From: Schmidtea nova
Taxonomy: Eukaryota
DNA length: 64,000 bases
Direction of reading: 5' to 3'
Assembly (NCBI GenBank): GCA_044892505.1
Contig: CM097884.1
Coordinates: forward strand, 40,176,001-40,240,000
The position numbers and the translations under genes are program-made. The notes under the pieces were generated by a model. The model was not told the DNA's origin. It did not search any database and saw only the letters and a list, made by a program, of their open reading frames with translations. The stretch's first letter is position 1; each line of letters opens with the position of its first letter. Positions 15,779 to 26,137 of the stretch are shown here, one piece after another.

Positions 15779-18700
15779 TCATAATCTCGTCATCATAATC
15801 CCATCAACCGACTCAATGGCCTGACTGAAGAATAGTTTCATCCAAACTCCCATTGCTATCAATGTAGTGATCATAGCTAATACTGCTGACGTAATAATCC
15901 ATACCCCAACGGGTAATTTTCCCAAGTGAGTAATGGGGTTTACTTCATTAACTTCACACTGACAACTTTTAATATAGCTTTCTGTTGATACTGTTGGTTT
16001 TACCATTTTCAATCCTTTCAATCTCTGCCATATTGCAGGATGAATGACGTAACTTTCTTTCCGTATCAATGATGTAACCGATTTCATTGTCGTCGATGAT
16101 TGTGGTAATTTCAAAGAGATAACTTCATAAAATACCTCATTCCATTCATCGACTCCTGGCTTTTGTTTATTATTCATATAAGTGATATGAGCTTCCCACT
16201 CCACTGAGCTGTTCCACTTGAGATTTTGTTTCTCAATATCTTCATTTAGCCACAATTCTTGTACTATTTCCTTGTCGGAATGGATTTCTATCTTTACTCT
16301 ATCCACTCCTTGTTTTGGTTGGCTGAAGGTAATCATACCTTGTTGGATATTTATTCTAACTTTCCTTTTGAAATCTGCTGTCTTCAACTTCCATTGTGAC
16401 TTTGAAAAATCTGACCATCGTCCAAACATAAAATGTTGAACAAGTATATCTAACAGATATTCCTTTTCTGCTCGTAAGTCCTTTATGACTTTCACTCTTG
16501 TGTTTGAATCCAATGTAAAATGGAAACAACGTCGTTCGCAAAACGAGAACTTGAATTTTGTATCATTTTCAGCTAATGATATTATCCTAAATTCCTGGAA
16601 AGATCTTCTAAATGCGAGATCTTGAATTTGTACCGCTGTTGGAACAAATGTCTTTACACAGGATATAAGGCAACTTATTATTACCAAAAACGTAACTGAT
16701 TTTGGCACGCCTCTTGATCGTAATGGATATCTGTCTGAGACTGGTTCTGACCCTTTATCCTCCTTTTTCTTAATCGGATCTTTCTCCGTGACCGCAACTT
16801 TCTTGCATCTGTTAGCATGTACCATTATTGGTTCAGCTTTTCTATTTGCTACTAATTGCAAGATTAAATTCGTGTCTGTGGTTCTCAAAACCTCATATGG
16901 TCCTTTGAAGTTTCTCATTAATTTAGGTGATAAGCCCTTTTTATTATAATGGCTTTCCAACATCACCTTGTCTCCAACTAACATGCCATGTCCTTTGGCT
17001 TTCTTATCATGATAATCTTTCGACGCTTCCTGACTGAATTTTATACTAAGACCTGCTTTTGTCCATGCTTCTTGCATTCTTTCTCTCATTTCCATGAGAT
17101 AATCCTCTTGGTCTAAATACTGCGTTGCTTTTGGGAAAAACAACAAGTCTATAGGCATTTTACTTTGCCTTAAATACATGAGATAGAACGGCGTTTGTCC
17201 CGTACCCTCATGAACAGCATTTCTGTATGCGAATAGGCATGATGGAATATGTATATCCCAATCCGTTTGCCCTGAATTTACGTATGATGCTAGCATATTT
17301 GCGAGCGTTCCGTTAAATCTCTCTACCAATCCGTCTGTTTGTGGATGGTATGGAGAGGTATTCAGTTTTAAAATGTCGAAATAATCATTTATTCCTTTTA
17401 GCAGATTACTCATGAAATCTGCTCCTCTATCTGTTAGTAGTTTTGTAGGTACTCCATACCTAAAAACAATTTGCTCTACGAAAATCCTGGCTATCGTATC
17501 GGCCTTGTGATTCGGTATCGGATAAGCCTCCGGCCATTTCGTCAAGTAATCGCAAAATACCAATATGTATTTGTTACCACTATTTGACTCTTTGAATGGC
17601 CCTAAAACATCCATTGCCGTCATTTCCATCGGTGTGGATGGTACTGGCATTGGTTTCATTGGCACATGCGGTTTCTTCCCCGTATTTCTCCTGGTGATAC
17701 AGATCTTACATGTCTGACACCATTCCTGTACGTCTTGTTTGATTGTCGGCCAGAAATATTTCTGCTTCAACCTTGACAATGTTTTCCTGGAAGACAAATG
17801 CCCTCCCAGTGCTCCATCATGATATTGTAACATCAAAGCTTCGCGATATTTCTTAGGGACCATTATGACATTATCCCTTACGTCTACATATTTGACTAAT
17901 CCTTCTTCTAGAATAAATTTGTCTCGATTTTTCTCCCAATATTTATTAAATTCCGTCGGTATGAACTTTGCTTCTAAAGCCTGTCTGATTTGGTTTATCT
18001 CTTCATCCGATTGTTGTGCTGCCATTAAATCCGCGAGTCTGTTTGCTTCTCTTGTAAGTGCGAAGATTGTTCCTTCTAATCTTCCTTCCTTAACGTCTTC
18101 TGCTTCATCACCCTGGTCCATTCGAGAAAATGCATCTGCATTCCCATTTTGGTGTCCTTTTCGGTAATGTATTTCGATGTCGTATGGCTGCAAGATCAAT
18201 GCCCATCTAACCAATTTTGATGTGTCCATAGTATGCTTTGTTAACCACTGTAATGGTCTATGATCCGTATACACAATGATCTTTCGACCCCATAAATATG
18301 TCCTGAATTGGTGTATAGCATACACAATTGCTAATGCTTCTAATTCGATAACTGCGTAATTCATTTCATGTGGTTTTAATCCTCTGCTAGCATACGCTAT
18401 GGCATATTCGTCTCCTAGGTCATCTCTTTGACCTAACACAGCACCAATACCCCGAGTGCTGGCGTCCGTCATGACCAAAAATTGTTTCTCAAAATCTGGA
18501 AACCGTAATATAGGAGGTTCCACGAGCATCCTCTTTAGCATATCAAATGCTTCCTGTTGTTCTTTTCCCCATACAAATTTGACATTTTTGCCCTCTAATT
18601 GTGTCAGAGGAAATGCTATTGCCGAAAAGTTCCTGATGAACTTTCTATAATATCCCACTAAGCCCAAAAACCCTTTTATATGTTTGACTGTCTTTGGCTC

Positions 18701-21700
18701 TGGAAAATTCTTTGCTTTCTCAACATTTGCTGGATCTGGTTTTACTCCATCCTTCGAGATAATGTGACCGACATAGACTACCTCTGATTCGGCCCATTTA
18801 CATTTCGATGGTTTTACCTTAAGATTTGCATTAATTAACCTTTTGAATACGTCCTCTAAATGTTCTAAATGTTTTTCCAAATCTGGAGAAAATACTATGA
18901 TGTCATCTATGTATACCATTGCATGATGAACATCCATTAACATTAGATTCATGGCTCTTTGAAACGTTGCCGGCGCTCCTGTGAGACCAAATGGCATTAC
19001 TGTATATTCGAAGTGTCCAAGGCTTGTAGAAAAAGCCGTAATTGGTATTGTCTCCTCTTTTAACTTGATTTGGTAAAATCCCTTCTGAGCATCCATCACT
19101 GAGAAATATTTTGAATTTCTCATGCGTCCGTAAATGTAATCCAGTAATGGTAATGGGTGACTATCCTTGCAAGTTGCTTCGTTTACCATTCGATAGTCGT
19201 TGCATAGTCGTACCGTTCCATCCTTTTTGGCCACCACTATCATTGGTGACTGGTATGGTGATTTACTATGCCTGATGATGTTATGTTTTAACATCAGTTT
19301 TACCTGCTTATCGACAGGTTCTTCCAAGCTAAACGGAATTCGATACGGTCTCAGTTTTATTGGTTTCGTGTTGTTAAGAACAATTTCATGTTCCAACAAG
19401 TTCGTCTTTCCCAGATCATATTCGTGCTTGGCGAATACTTGATCATATTTTCTTAATAACATGTTGACTTGGATATTCTCTCTTCGTGAAAGAGCTTTGC
19501 TATTTGCCGTTGGCGCATCATAGTACTCGATGTCTGATTCTCTATTTTCTGCCTTTATTGTCAGGACAGATCCTCCATTTGGTAATTGATCCGACTTTGA
19601 TACTCTCCCTACTCTTGTATCTGGGTACAATTTTAATGGTTTTATATCTAAATTGGCTACCCGAATTGGTATTCTGCCATTTTCAACTTTACCAATGCTA
19701 TGCGTAATTGGTAGATTATATTTTGCTGAGAACCTTTCATCTGGTTCGAATACAACTTCTCCTTCCCACTGTTCGCTAGTGGACACGAAACATACTGTTT
19801 CTGCTCTGGGTGGTATTATCATCGTATGGTCGATGAAAACTGTATCATCATTATAAACTTTTCTTTTCTTACCGATTGATCTAACTAACAATCCGGTAGC
19901 ACAGTCAAATACAACTCCTTTTAATCTTCTTAAAAGATCCATTCCTAGTAGACATTCTACTGGACAAGTTCTCATGACTATAATATCATGACGAAATTCT
20001 TGGTCACATAGCTTGATGTTACAAGCTAGAGTACCAATAATATTCAATGATGTGCCTGTAGCACCTGTTAGCGAAACTCTTGAGGTTTCCATTGATTCCA
20101 ATTCTTTTTGATTTAATAGTGTTGCCTCTATGATGGTGCCGTCTGCTCCTGAATCTATCACTGCATTAACTGTGTGTCTGTTTATTTTTATCTTTATCAT
20201 GGGTTTCTTATCCAAGTTCACCCCATTTGCCATCAAAATAGTAGCATGCGTTATCCCGATGGTATTTGCTCTGAATTTCTCTGCTTCATCTTGTTCGGTA
20301 TCACTCAATTTTGGATTATATTCCTTAAATTTAGCTTTTATTGCTTCTAACGACTCGATAGGATACAGTTTCCCTTCATTTTCTAACGATAATGATATGC
20401 TTTTACCAGTCTCTCGAGCATCTTTGTCGAGAATTTGTTGATGTTTAGAAATGTACATTTTGTTTCTTGGAGTGGTTAAAGCATAATTTTGTTTGCCCTC
20501 TCCTGATGTCTTTTGAAACTCTGGCGATTCCCCCTTTGGCGCTGTTGGCAAGCTTCTAAGATATGGTAATTGCATATATCTTGGGCTTCTTTTCAATCTA
20601 GGTGATGCTGTATTGATTGTAAATTTCTGGTCTGCACTATCGTATTCATCTTCTGAAATCATACTTTTGTCGAAAATCTGTTTTGTCGCTTCGTAAGGTG
20701 GTTGATAATCCCGATATTTCATTTTCCTTAACTGATGATTCGGTTTTTTATTGTAGTTTCTTTTTCGACTTCTACTTTGCCTCTGAACTGTATTAAGAGA
20801 GTCTCCATTACCTCCTCCTTCCGAATTGTTATCGTCCCGATAACTTGTATTACCCTCCATTTCGATTCCAATAATCTCGTGTTTTACCAAGCTTCTCTGT
20901 TTGATTGTCTTTATTTCTTTACGATGATGTTTAAACAATGCAAATTCCGCACACATAGGACACAATCCTAGTATCAACTTCCAAGACCATCCACCGATTT
21001 TGAATATACTGTATGTGGAGATTAATTGTGTTATTATTAACTTTAGAATTACGAATATTGCATATATTCCTGAGCAGCCTGCCACGAAAATACCAAAATT
21101 GGTAAACCTTCCCCATATTTTCATCATCACATTTTTAGCTGCTTCTTTATAATGATCTGGACCGAATAATAAATTGTAATCTGGTCTCATTTCGTTTGCT
21201 TGGTAAATTGTTCTTATGATTTCAGTGATACCTCTTTCTCTTACTTGAGGGAATAGCAATGTCTGTCTTGCCTCCTCAATGTCTGCTGAAGTGTAAATTC
21301 CTCCTTGTGATAATTCATCGAGTGATTTAAATTCCATGTTTTCCTCGAGTTTCGTGACTTCCAATGTTTCCACCTTTCTATTAGATGGTTTTCTGTCAGG
21401 TAATGAGATCCATCTATCATTTACCTTGTATAACGGTGATATTGCTGGATTGCAAATTGAAGGTTGAGGCTTTTGTTTTTCATCCAAAAGTCTCCTCGTA
21501 ACTGGCATTACAAATCGTATTTTGTTTTGATATGACACTGGTAATTCTAGAGTACATTCATTATACCGAGTTAATTGTACCTCTATGGGTTGACATTGAT
21601 AGCTGTATATAGCTTCCCCCATAATTCTGCCAAACATTCCATCTTCTAGCAACATAGGTGTCACTAGATCCGGATTCACAATTGATATCGCTAATCGATT

Positions 21701-24700
21701 TCGAACTATTTCGCGATTTAGTTTGCAATCATTGAGTATTACTTCCTGATACATTTCCTGCATTTGTCCTTGCAGATCATGATATAAATAATCTATTTTA
21801 TTATTTATATAGTTCGTGATTTTGATATCCTGGCTGTGAATATTCTTGGCTTTTTGGATGAATGTTTTTGACAAATATAATCCTTTATAGTTGGTCTCAT
21901 ACACCACTTTTCCGCATTTTGTCTTCTTATCTTTTCTGACAAATCTGATTGCATCTTTCTTATCTTCTGATACTAATACTAGAGGTGTGATTTCCTCACT
22001 AATATCCTCTTTTTGCTGTTTGTTGATCCTTTTCAACGTCTTTTCTTTATCCCAAATTCTTTCTCTTTTGGGTAAATCTCGATACTTTGTCCCGTTCAAC
22101 TTATGGAAATTAATTTTCTTTAGTAATGACAATTCGCAATGGTCTAGTATTTGATCGTATAATAATGTAATGACCCCTGTTCTGCAGCTTCCAAATTTCG
22201 CAAGGCACTGAGGGTGTGCCATTAATCTTCCTGATAATACATCGAACGTTCCTTCGTATTCTCTTAATTCGATTGAATAGTCCTCGATATCTACGACAAA
22301 ACTTACCAACTCCGATCCGCGAGTTTTCTTTCTTCCCGTACAGGTACCATCTGATCCGATTGATCCTCCTCGTGTAATGGTTACTCCCAGTGTTTTTCCT
22401 ACTTCCGCGGCGATGGTTACCTCGTTATCGATTCTTAAAGTACCTTTTCGAAAGGCGTCTAGACAATCCTCTGGCAATATGTTGACAGGTCTAGGTATTA
22501 GAGTGGCTGATAGAAAAGCTGTATAGCTGTGTGAACCACAATAATATTCAAACGTTGCTCTTTGGACTCTACATTCTCTTATCTTAGTTCTGAAGAATTC
22601 ACTTTCTTGGTAGACATAGTATTCGACCTTTTCTCCTGTTTGGACCTTTTCTGGATATGCCTCTTTGCACTCAATTGCATCTACGAGCGAATATATCCGA
22701 GCTAACTTTGGATCACTGCAATCAAACGCTGTCATTGTGTTTGTCTGTTTCATTATCCCCATCATTACTAAAAACATTAATATCATATTCGTCATATTCC
22801 CCATTCCTCCATTTTCGAGGTGGTTGTTATTCATAGCCTCTTCCACAAATTCATATCGTGGTTTATGTTTCTCCTCTTCCCAGAAATTATTTTCACTCAT
22901 CCACGTTCCGAGATAATGCTCCGTTATCTCCGTGATCTGGTCTATTTCTCGATTAATAAGCTTCTTCTCATTGCCTGCGCGGGCTAAAGCATCTTGAATC
23001 AACATAGATAATGCTGTCACTATTTTTCCTTTAGATAACCCATCTTGTATGAGTGTCTCTAACATACTCTGTATCTCGTTTTGCGGTACCCCTCTAGGTA
23101 ATCTCCTCATCGTCTTCGCGATTGACTGTGTTACTTTATCCACTTGAATTCCTTTAATCCGAGTAATCTGCCATTCTGGCTTTAATATTCCTATGATCTG
23201 TTTTAATCTCTTCCATGTCAGAGATTTTTCTGGTATATGTACACCTTCGTCTCTCATATCAACATCCCTGGCTATTCCTGACAGAGTTTTCATCTGAACC
23301 TGTTTAATGGTTTCTTGGTTTAATTGCTCCGTTGGTGGAGGTTTCATTTGATCTTTCCTAGGCCTTCCTCGCCTATCTTTCTTTGTCTGCCATGCTGGCC
23401 TGATAGTTTCTACCGCCTGAGAAGTTGAAGCTCCCACGTTAGTTTCCTCATTATTGAGTCTGATTTCCTCTTCTCCGTGATTATCGGCATCGATATCTAC
23501 ATTAAATGGTTGTGTTTCAACATTACCAGTGACCATTTCATCTGGTAACCGTAATGCTGACCATTGAGATTCAGGTGGCTCTACGGGAATGATTGCTACC
23601 GTTGTAGTTTCAAAAGGTAGACATCCCACATCTACTAAATATTCATCATCATCCACTTGTCCTCCATGAATCATAATCAAGAATATACCGGTAGTCTGCC
23701 CAGTATCTATTAAATCCTTTCTCAACGTTATCACTTTGCTAAAACAACGATATAACCTCGTCATGGGTTCTTTTCCCGATATTCGAATGTCTAAAGTTAT
23801 CATGCCTTGTCGATGTGCTTGATGACGTATTGCTGTTCCATTTTTTCTCATTAACATTTTTATTTCTGTTTGAAAAGAACTAGTTTCTTTTACTACAGGT
23901 AGTAATATAGGAATTATATTCTCCAATGATTCTACTGGTATGCGCAATACCAACATCCAGTCTAATATTTCCTTGATTGTTTCTCCATCCCTCGGAGATT
24001 TCTGCAGCTCTATCTTCAGACGTTGCTCTATTTGTTGGACCTCCTCCAACTGTGCAATTTCCATTTGTGTGAGTAGAAACACACTGTCTTGATCCACTAC
24101 TGGGACCGATATTCCTGTCAGTTTCGTTGTGAGTTTCGTTACCCTTCCTGGTAATACACCATTTTGTAGTAGTGTTTCCCCAACTACTAACTTTTCTCCA
24201 TATAAATAAAAATCATATCTATTATGTTTCAATTTCATCATTGTATCTGACAACTTATCTGTTCGACATCTTACATTCATGTCGATGTTAAACTCCTGCT
24301 CCTGAGGAAGTTTTATGTTTAAATGCGAATCCTGAAGATCCCATTCATGCTCCATTGCAGTTCCTATCTTTCGTAGGATTTTATGTATGTCGCTATTATA
24401 CCTTGGATCATCTTCGACCTGAGATATTAATTGTAATATCTTTCCAATTTCACTATTCTTGATATCACCTTGTGATAATTTCTCTAATTCTCTAGTCAGT
24501 CTCTGCTGATACTCATATCTGGAATCCACCAGTTTTAAACATTTTGCTAGGGTATCTGACCCTTTCTTGGCCTTTGTTTCCTTGAACAAAGCCTGGTCGA
24601 ACTCGCTCAGTATGGTACTCATACTGGGTTCGTCATCATTATCAGAATTTGTCTCTGATTCTATTACCTCATGATTCTCGCTGCTGGAATCCATGGGTTC

Positions 24701-26056
24701 ACTATTTCCTTGCTCATCTGTGTAAGCATCATGATTTTTCTCAGCTGAAATCATCAAAACTGTTCCTTGCCCAACTGTGTGAGCATCATCGCTTTCCTCA
24801 ATGGGATTCATTATAACTGTTCCTCGCCCATCCATGTGAGCATGATTTTTCTCAGCTGAAATCATAAAAACTGTCTCTTGCCCAACTGTGTGAGTCTCAT
24901 TTATTTCTTCAATTTTATTCATCAAAACTGTTCCTCGCTCATCTGTGTGAGCATGATTTTTCTCAGCTGAAATCATAAAAACTGTATCATCTCGATCCAT
25001 TAGCCGTGCTAATCGATTTTTCTCCTCCTGGATTTCCATTTCCAGTTGTTGCAAATACGTCAATTCTTTATCGTGATTGACCATGAACGTAGTTTTCGGC
25101 TTGCTGACATTACCACTATTGGTAATCCTACTATTCGTATTATTACTCTGATTTTGAGGACACGACCTCAGAATATGCCCGAATTTTCCACATCCGTGAC
25201 ATTTTATCTTCCCTGATGAATTCACATCATCCCTTTTAATATTAAAATTCCCATTCGTTGGGAGATTCCTAACTCTACAAACGGAAGCAACATGCCCTCT
25301 GCGTTTGCATTTATCACACTGCAAGTTCGTGACTCTACAGTTCTCAACACTATGATTATTCATACCACATTTAGTACACTGAATACCCCTACGAGTATCA
25401 GCTACCTTCTTACTGTGGCAATCTTTTGATATGTGCCCTTTCTTATGGCAGTTAAAACATTCAATTGCTGGCTTCTCATTATTTACCATAAATGATGTAG
25501 CTTTTTCTAAGCTGCTTTCGATTACGACAGCTTTTCTTGTTAATTCCCAAAAATCATCTCCCGTGTGGAGAATCAATGCATTTCTCATTACATTTGTGAA
25601 TCCAGCTAATAATTGGTCTTTAACCATAGCTTTAGTTGCATCATTCCAGGTAGTTCTGAGCCCAAATGCTCTTTCTGCTAATAACAATAATTGATAGGAA
25701 AATTCTCCTACATGTTCATTTGCATTCTGCTTCCTGTGATAAAATTGTTGTCGGAAAATTCTACTTGAATCTCCCGGTAATATTCTAGCCGTTAGTGATT
25801 CTCTCATCTTTTCCCATGTACCTGGTTTATCTGCTGCTGGTAACGCCATAATATCATTGTAATTTTCCCTTGCCATACCCTTAAGGTAAATTGGCAGTCT
25901 TTGTATCATTATTGCATCTGGATACCCATAGGCCTTTGCCATCTGATAATACTCTGACATAAACTCCGGAAATTCCCCTGGATCTCCGCTAAATGCCTTG
26001 ACAGGTAAAGCGGGATATCTAGCAAAAACATTATTCTCTTCAGCCATGTCCTCCAC
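15779..26056 (-). CDS. gag-pol: 3425-aa polyprotein: Gag (CA, 4 CCHC), repeats, 2x(helical+Ubl), AT-hook, chuvirus/gB-like glycoprotein, protease, RT, RNase H, integrase, second membrane protein
   Basis: Four CCHC knuckles (~25160-25460), RGRPRK, hydrophobic signal then AFDC (~22720), TM (~20930-21100), VIDSGAD, YIDDII, MTDAS, HHCC, DDE core, YPLRSR plus signal, C-terminal TM. Confidence 0.93.
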   Translation of the reverse strand: MEDMAEENNVFARYPALPVKAFSGDPGEFPEFMSEYYQMAKAYGYPDAIMIQRLPIYLKGMARENYNDIMALPAADKPGTWEKMRESLTARILPGDSSRIFRQQFYHRKQNANEHVGEFSYQLLLLAERAFGLRTTWNDATKAMVKDQLLAGFTNVMRNALILHTGDDFWELTRKAVVIESSLEKATSFMVNNEKPAIECFNCHKKGHISKDCHSKKVADTRRGIQCTKCGMNNHSVENCRVTNLQCDKCKRRGHVASVCRVRNLPTNGNFNIKRDDVNSSGKIKCHGCGKFGHILRSCPQNQSNNTNSRITNSGNVSKPKTTFMVNHDKELTYLQQLEMEIQEEKNRLARLMDRDDTVFMISAEKNHAHTDERGTVLMNKIEEINETHTVGQETVFMISAEKNHAHMDGRGTVIMNPIEESDDAHTVGQGTVLMISAEKNHDAYTDEQGNSEPMDSSSENHEVIESETNSDNDDEPSMSTILSEFDQALFKETKAKKGSDTLAKCLKLVDSRYEYQQRLTRELEKLSQGDIKNSEIGKILQLISQVEDDPRYNSDIHKILRKIGTAMEHEWDLQDSHLNIKLPQEQEFNIDMNVRCRTDKLSDTMMKLKHNRYDFYLYGEKLVVGETLLQNGVLPGRVTKLTTKLTGISVPVVDQDSVFLLTQMEIAQLEEVQQIEQRLKIELQKSPRDGETIKEILDWMLVLRIPVESLENIIPILLPVVKETSSFQTEIKMLMRKNGTAIRHQAHRQGMITLDIRISGKEPMTRLYRCFSKVITLRKDLIDTGQTTGIFLIMIHGGQVDDDEYLVDVGCLPFETTTVAIIPVEPPESQWSALRLPDEMVTGNVETQPFNVDIDADNHGEEEIRLNNEETNVGASTSQAVETIRPAWQTKKDRRGRPRKDQMKPPPTEQLNQETIKQVQMKTLSGIARDVDMRDEGVHIPEKSLTWKRLKQIIGILKPEWQITRIKGIQVDKVTQSIAKTMRRLPRGVPQNEIQSMLETLIQDGLSKGKIVTALSMLIQDALARAGNEKKLINREIDQITEITEHYLGTWMSENNFWEEEKHKPRYEFVEEAMNNNHLENGGMGNMTNMILMFLVMMGIMKQTNTMTAFDCSDPKLARIYSLVDAIECKEAYPEKVQTGEKVEYYVYQESEFFRTKIRECRVQRATFEYYCGSHSYTAFLSATLIPRPVNILPEDCLDAFRKGTLRIDNEVTIAAEVGKTLGVTITRGGSIGSDGTCTGRKKTRGSELVSFVVDIEDYSIELREYEGTFDVLSGRLMAHPQCLAKFGSCRTGVITLLYDQILDHCELSLLKKINFHKLNGTKYRDLPKRERIWDKEKTLKRINKQQKEDISEEITPLVLVSEDKKDAIRFVRKDKKTKCGKVVYETNYKGLYLSKTFIQKAKNIHSQDIKITNYINNKIDYLYHDLQGQMQEMYQEVILNDCKLNREIVRNRLAISIVNPDLVTPMLLEDGMFGRIMGEAIYSYQCQPIEVQLTRYNECTLELPVSYQNKIRFVMPVTRRLLDEKQKPQPSICNPAISPLYKVNDRWISLPDRKPSNRKVETLEVTKLEENMEFKSLDELSQGGIYTSADIEEARQTLLFPQVRERGITEIIRTIYQANEMRPDYNLLFGPDHYKEAAKNVMMKIWGRFTNFGIFVAGCSGIYAIFVILKLIITQLISTYSIFKIGGWSWKLILGLCPMCAEFALFKHHRKEIKTIKQRSLVKHEIIGIEMEGNTSYRDDNNSEGGGNGDSLNTVQRQSRSRKRNYNKKPNHQLRKMKYRDYQPPYEATKQIFDKSMISEDEYDSADQKFTINTASPRLKRSPRYMQLPYLRSLPTAPKGESPEFQKTSGEGKQNYALTTPRNKMYISKHQQILDKDARETGKSISLSLENEGKLYPIESLEAIKAKFKEYNPKLSDTEQDEAEKFRANTIGITHATILMANGVNLDKKPMIKIKINRHTVNAVIDSGADGTIIEATLLNQKELESMETSRVSLTGATGTSLNIIGTLACNIKLCDQEFRHDIIVMRTCPVECLLGMDLLRRLKGVVFDCATGLLVRSIGKKRKVYNDDTVFIDHTMIIPPRAETVCFVSTSEQWEGEVVFEPDERFSAKYNLPITHSIGKVENGRIPIRVANLDIKPLKLYPDTRVGRVSKSDQLPNGGSVLTIKAENRESDIEYYDAPTANSKALSRRENIQVNMLLRKYDQVFAKHEYDLGKTNLLEHEIVLNNTKPIKLRPYRIPFSLEEPVDKQVKLMLKHNIIRHSKSPYQSPMIVVAKKDGTVRLCNDYRMVNEATCKDSHPLPLLDYIYGRMRNSKYFSVMDAQKGFYQIKLKEETIPITAFSTSLGHFEYTVMPFGLTGAPATFQRAMNLMLMDVHHAMVYIDDIIVFSPDLEKHLEHLEDVFKRLINANLKVKPSKCKWAESEVVYVGHIISKDGVKPDPANVEKAKNFPEPKTVKHIKGFLGLVGYYRKFIRNFSAIAFPLTQLEGKNVKFVWGKEQQEAFDMLKRMLVEPPILRFPDFEKQFLVMTDASTRGIGAVLGQRDDLGDEYAIAYASRGLKPHEMNYAVIELEALAIVYAIHQFRTYLWGRKIIVYTDHRPLQWLTKHTMDTSKLVRWALILQPYDIEIHYRKGHQNGNADAFSRMDQGDEAEDVKEGRLEGTIFALTREANRLADLMAAQQSDEEINQIRQALEAKFIPTEFNKYWEKNRDKFILEEGLVKYVDVRDNVIMVPKKYREALMLQYHDGALGGHLSSRKTLSRLKQKYFWPTIKQDVQEWCQTCKICITRRNTGKKPHVPMKPMPVPSTPMEMTAMDVLGPFKESNSGNKYILVFCDYLTKWPEAYPIPNHKADTIARIFVEQIVFRYGVPTKLLTDRGADFMSNLLKGINDYFDILKLNTSPYHPQTDGLVERFNGTLANMLASYVNSGQTDWDIHIPSCLFAYRNAVHEGTGQTPFYLMYLRQSKMPIDLLFFPKATQYLDQEDYLMEMRERMQEAWTKAGLSIKFSQEASKDYHDKKAKGHGMLVGDKVMLESHYNKKGLSPKLMRNFKGPYEVLRTTDTNLILQLVANRKAEPIMVHANRCKKVAVTEKDPIKKKEDKGSEPVSDRYPLRSRGVPKSVTFLVIISCLISCVKTFVPTAVQIQDLAFRRSFQEFRIISLAENDTKFKFSFCERRCFHFTLDSNTRVKVIKDLRAEKEYLLDILVQHFMFGRWSDFSKSQWKLKTADFKRKVRINIQQGMITFSQPKQGVDRVKIEIHSDKEIVQELWLNEDIEKQNLKWNSSVEWEAHITYMNNKQKPGVDEWNEVFYEVISLKLPQSSTTMKSVTSLIRKESYVIHPAIWQRLKGLKMVKPTVSTESYIKSCQCEVNEVNPITHLGKLPVGVWIITSAVLAMITTLIAMGVWMKLFFSQAIESVDGIMMTRL
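24715..24995 (-). repeat. In-frame 111-bp tandem repeat (MISAEKNH units)
   Basis: ctcagctgaaatcat recurs at ~24740, ~24851 and ~24962. Confidence 0.85.
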
Positions 26057-26116
26057 AACTTTTGTCTTTTTAGGAGCTATTTTGTTTATAACAATATGCC
26101 CACTGATAATAATTGT

Positions 26117-26134
26117 ATCACGTCGGGCTCACCA
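26117..26134 (-). promoter_or_regulatory. Primer-binding site, tRNA-Trp type (18 nt)
   Basis: Plus strand ATCACGTCGGGCTCACCA matches the eukaryotic tRNA-Trp 3' end ATCACGTCGGGGTCACCA at 17/18. Confidence 0.85.
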
Positions 26135-26137
26135 AAA

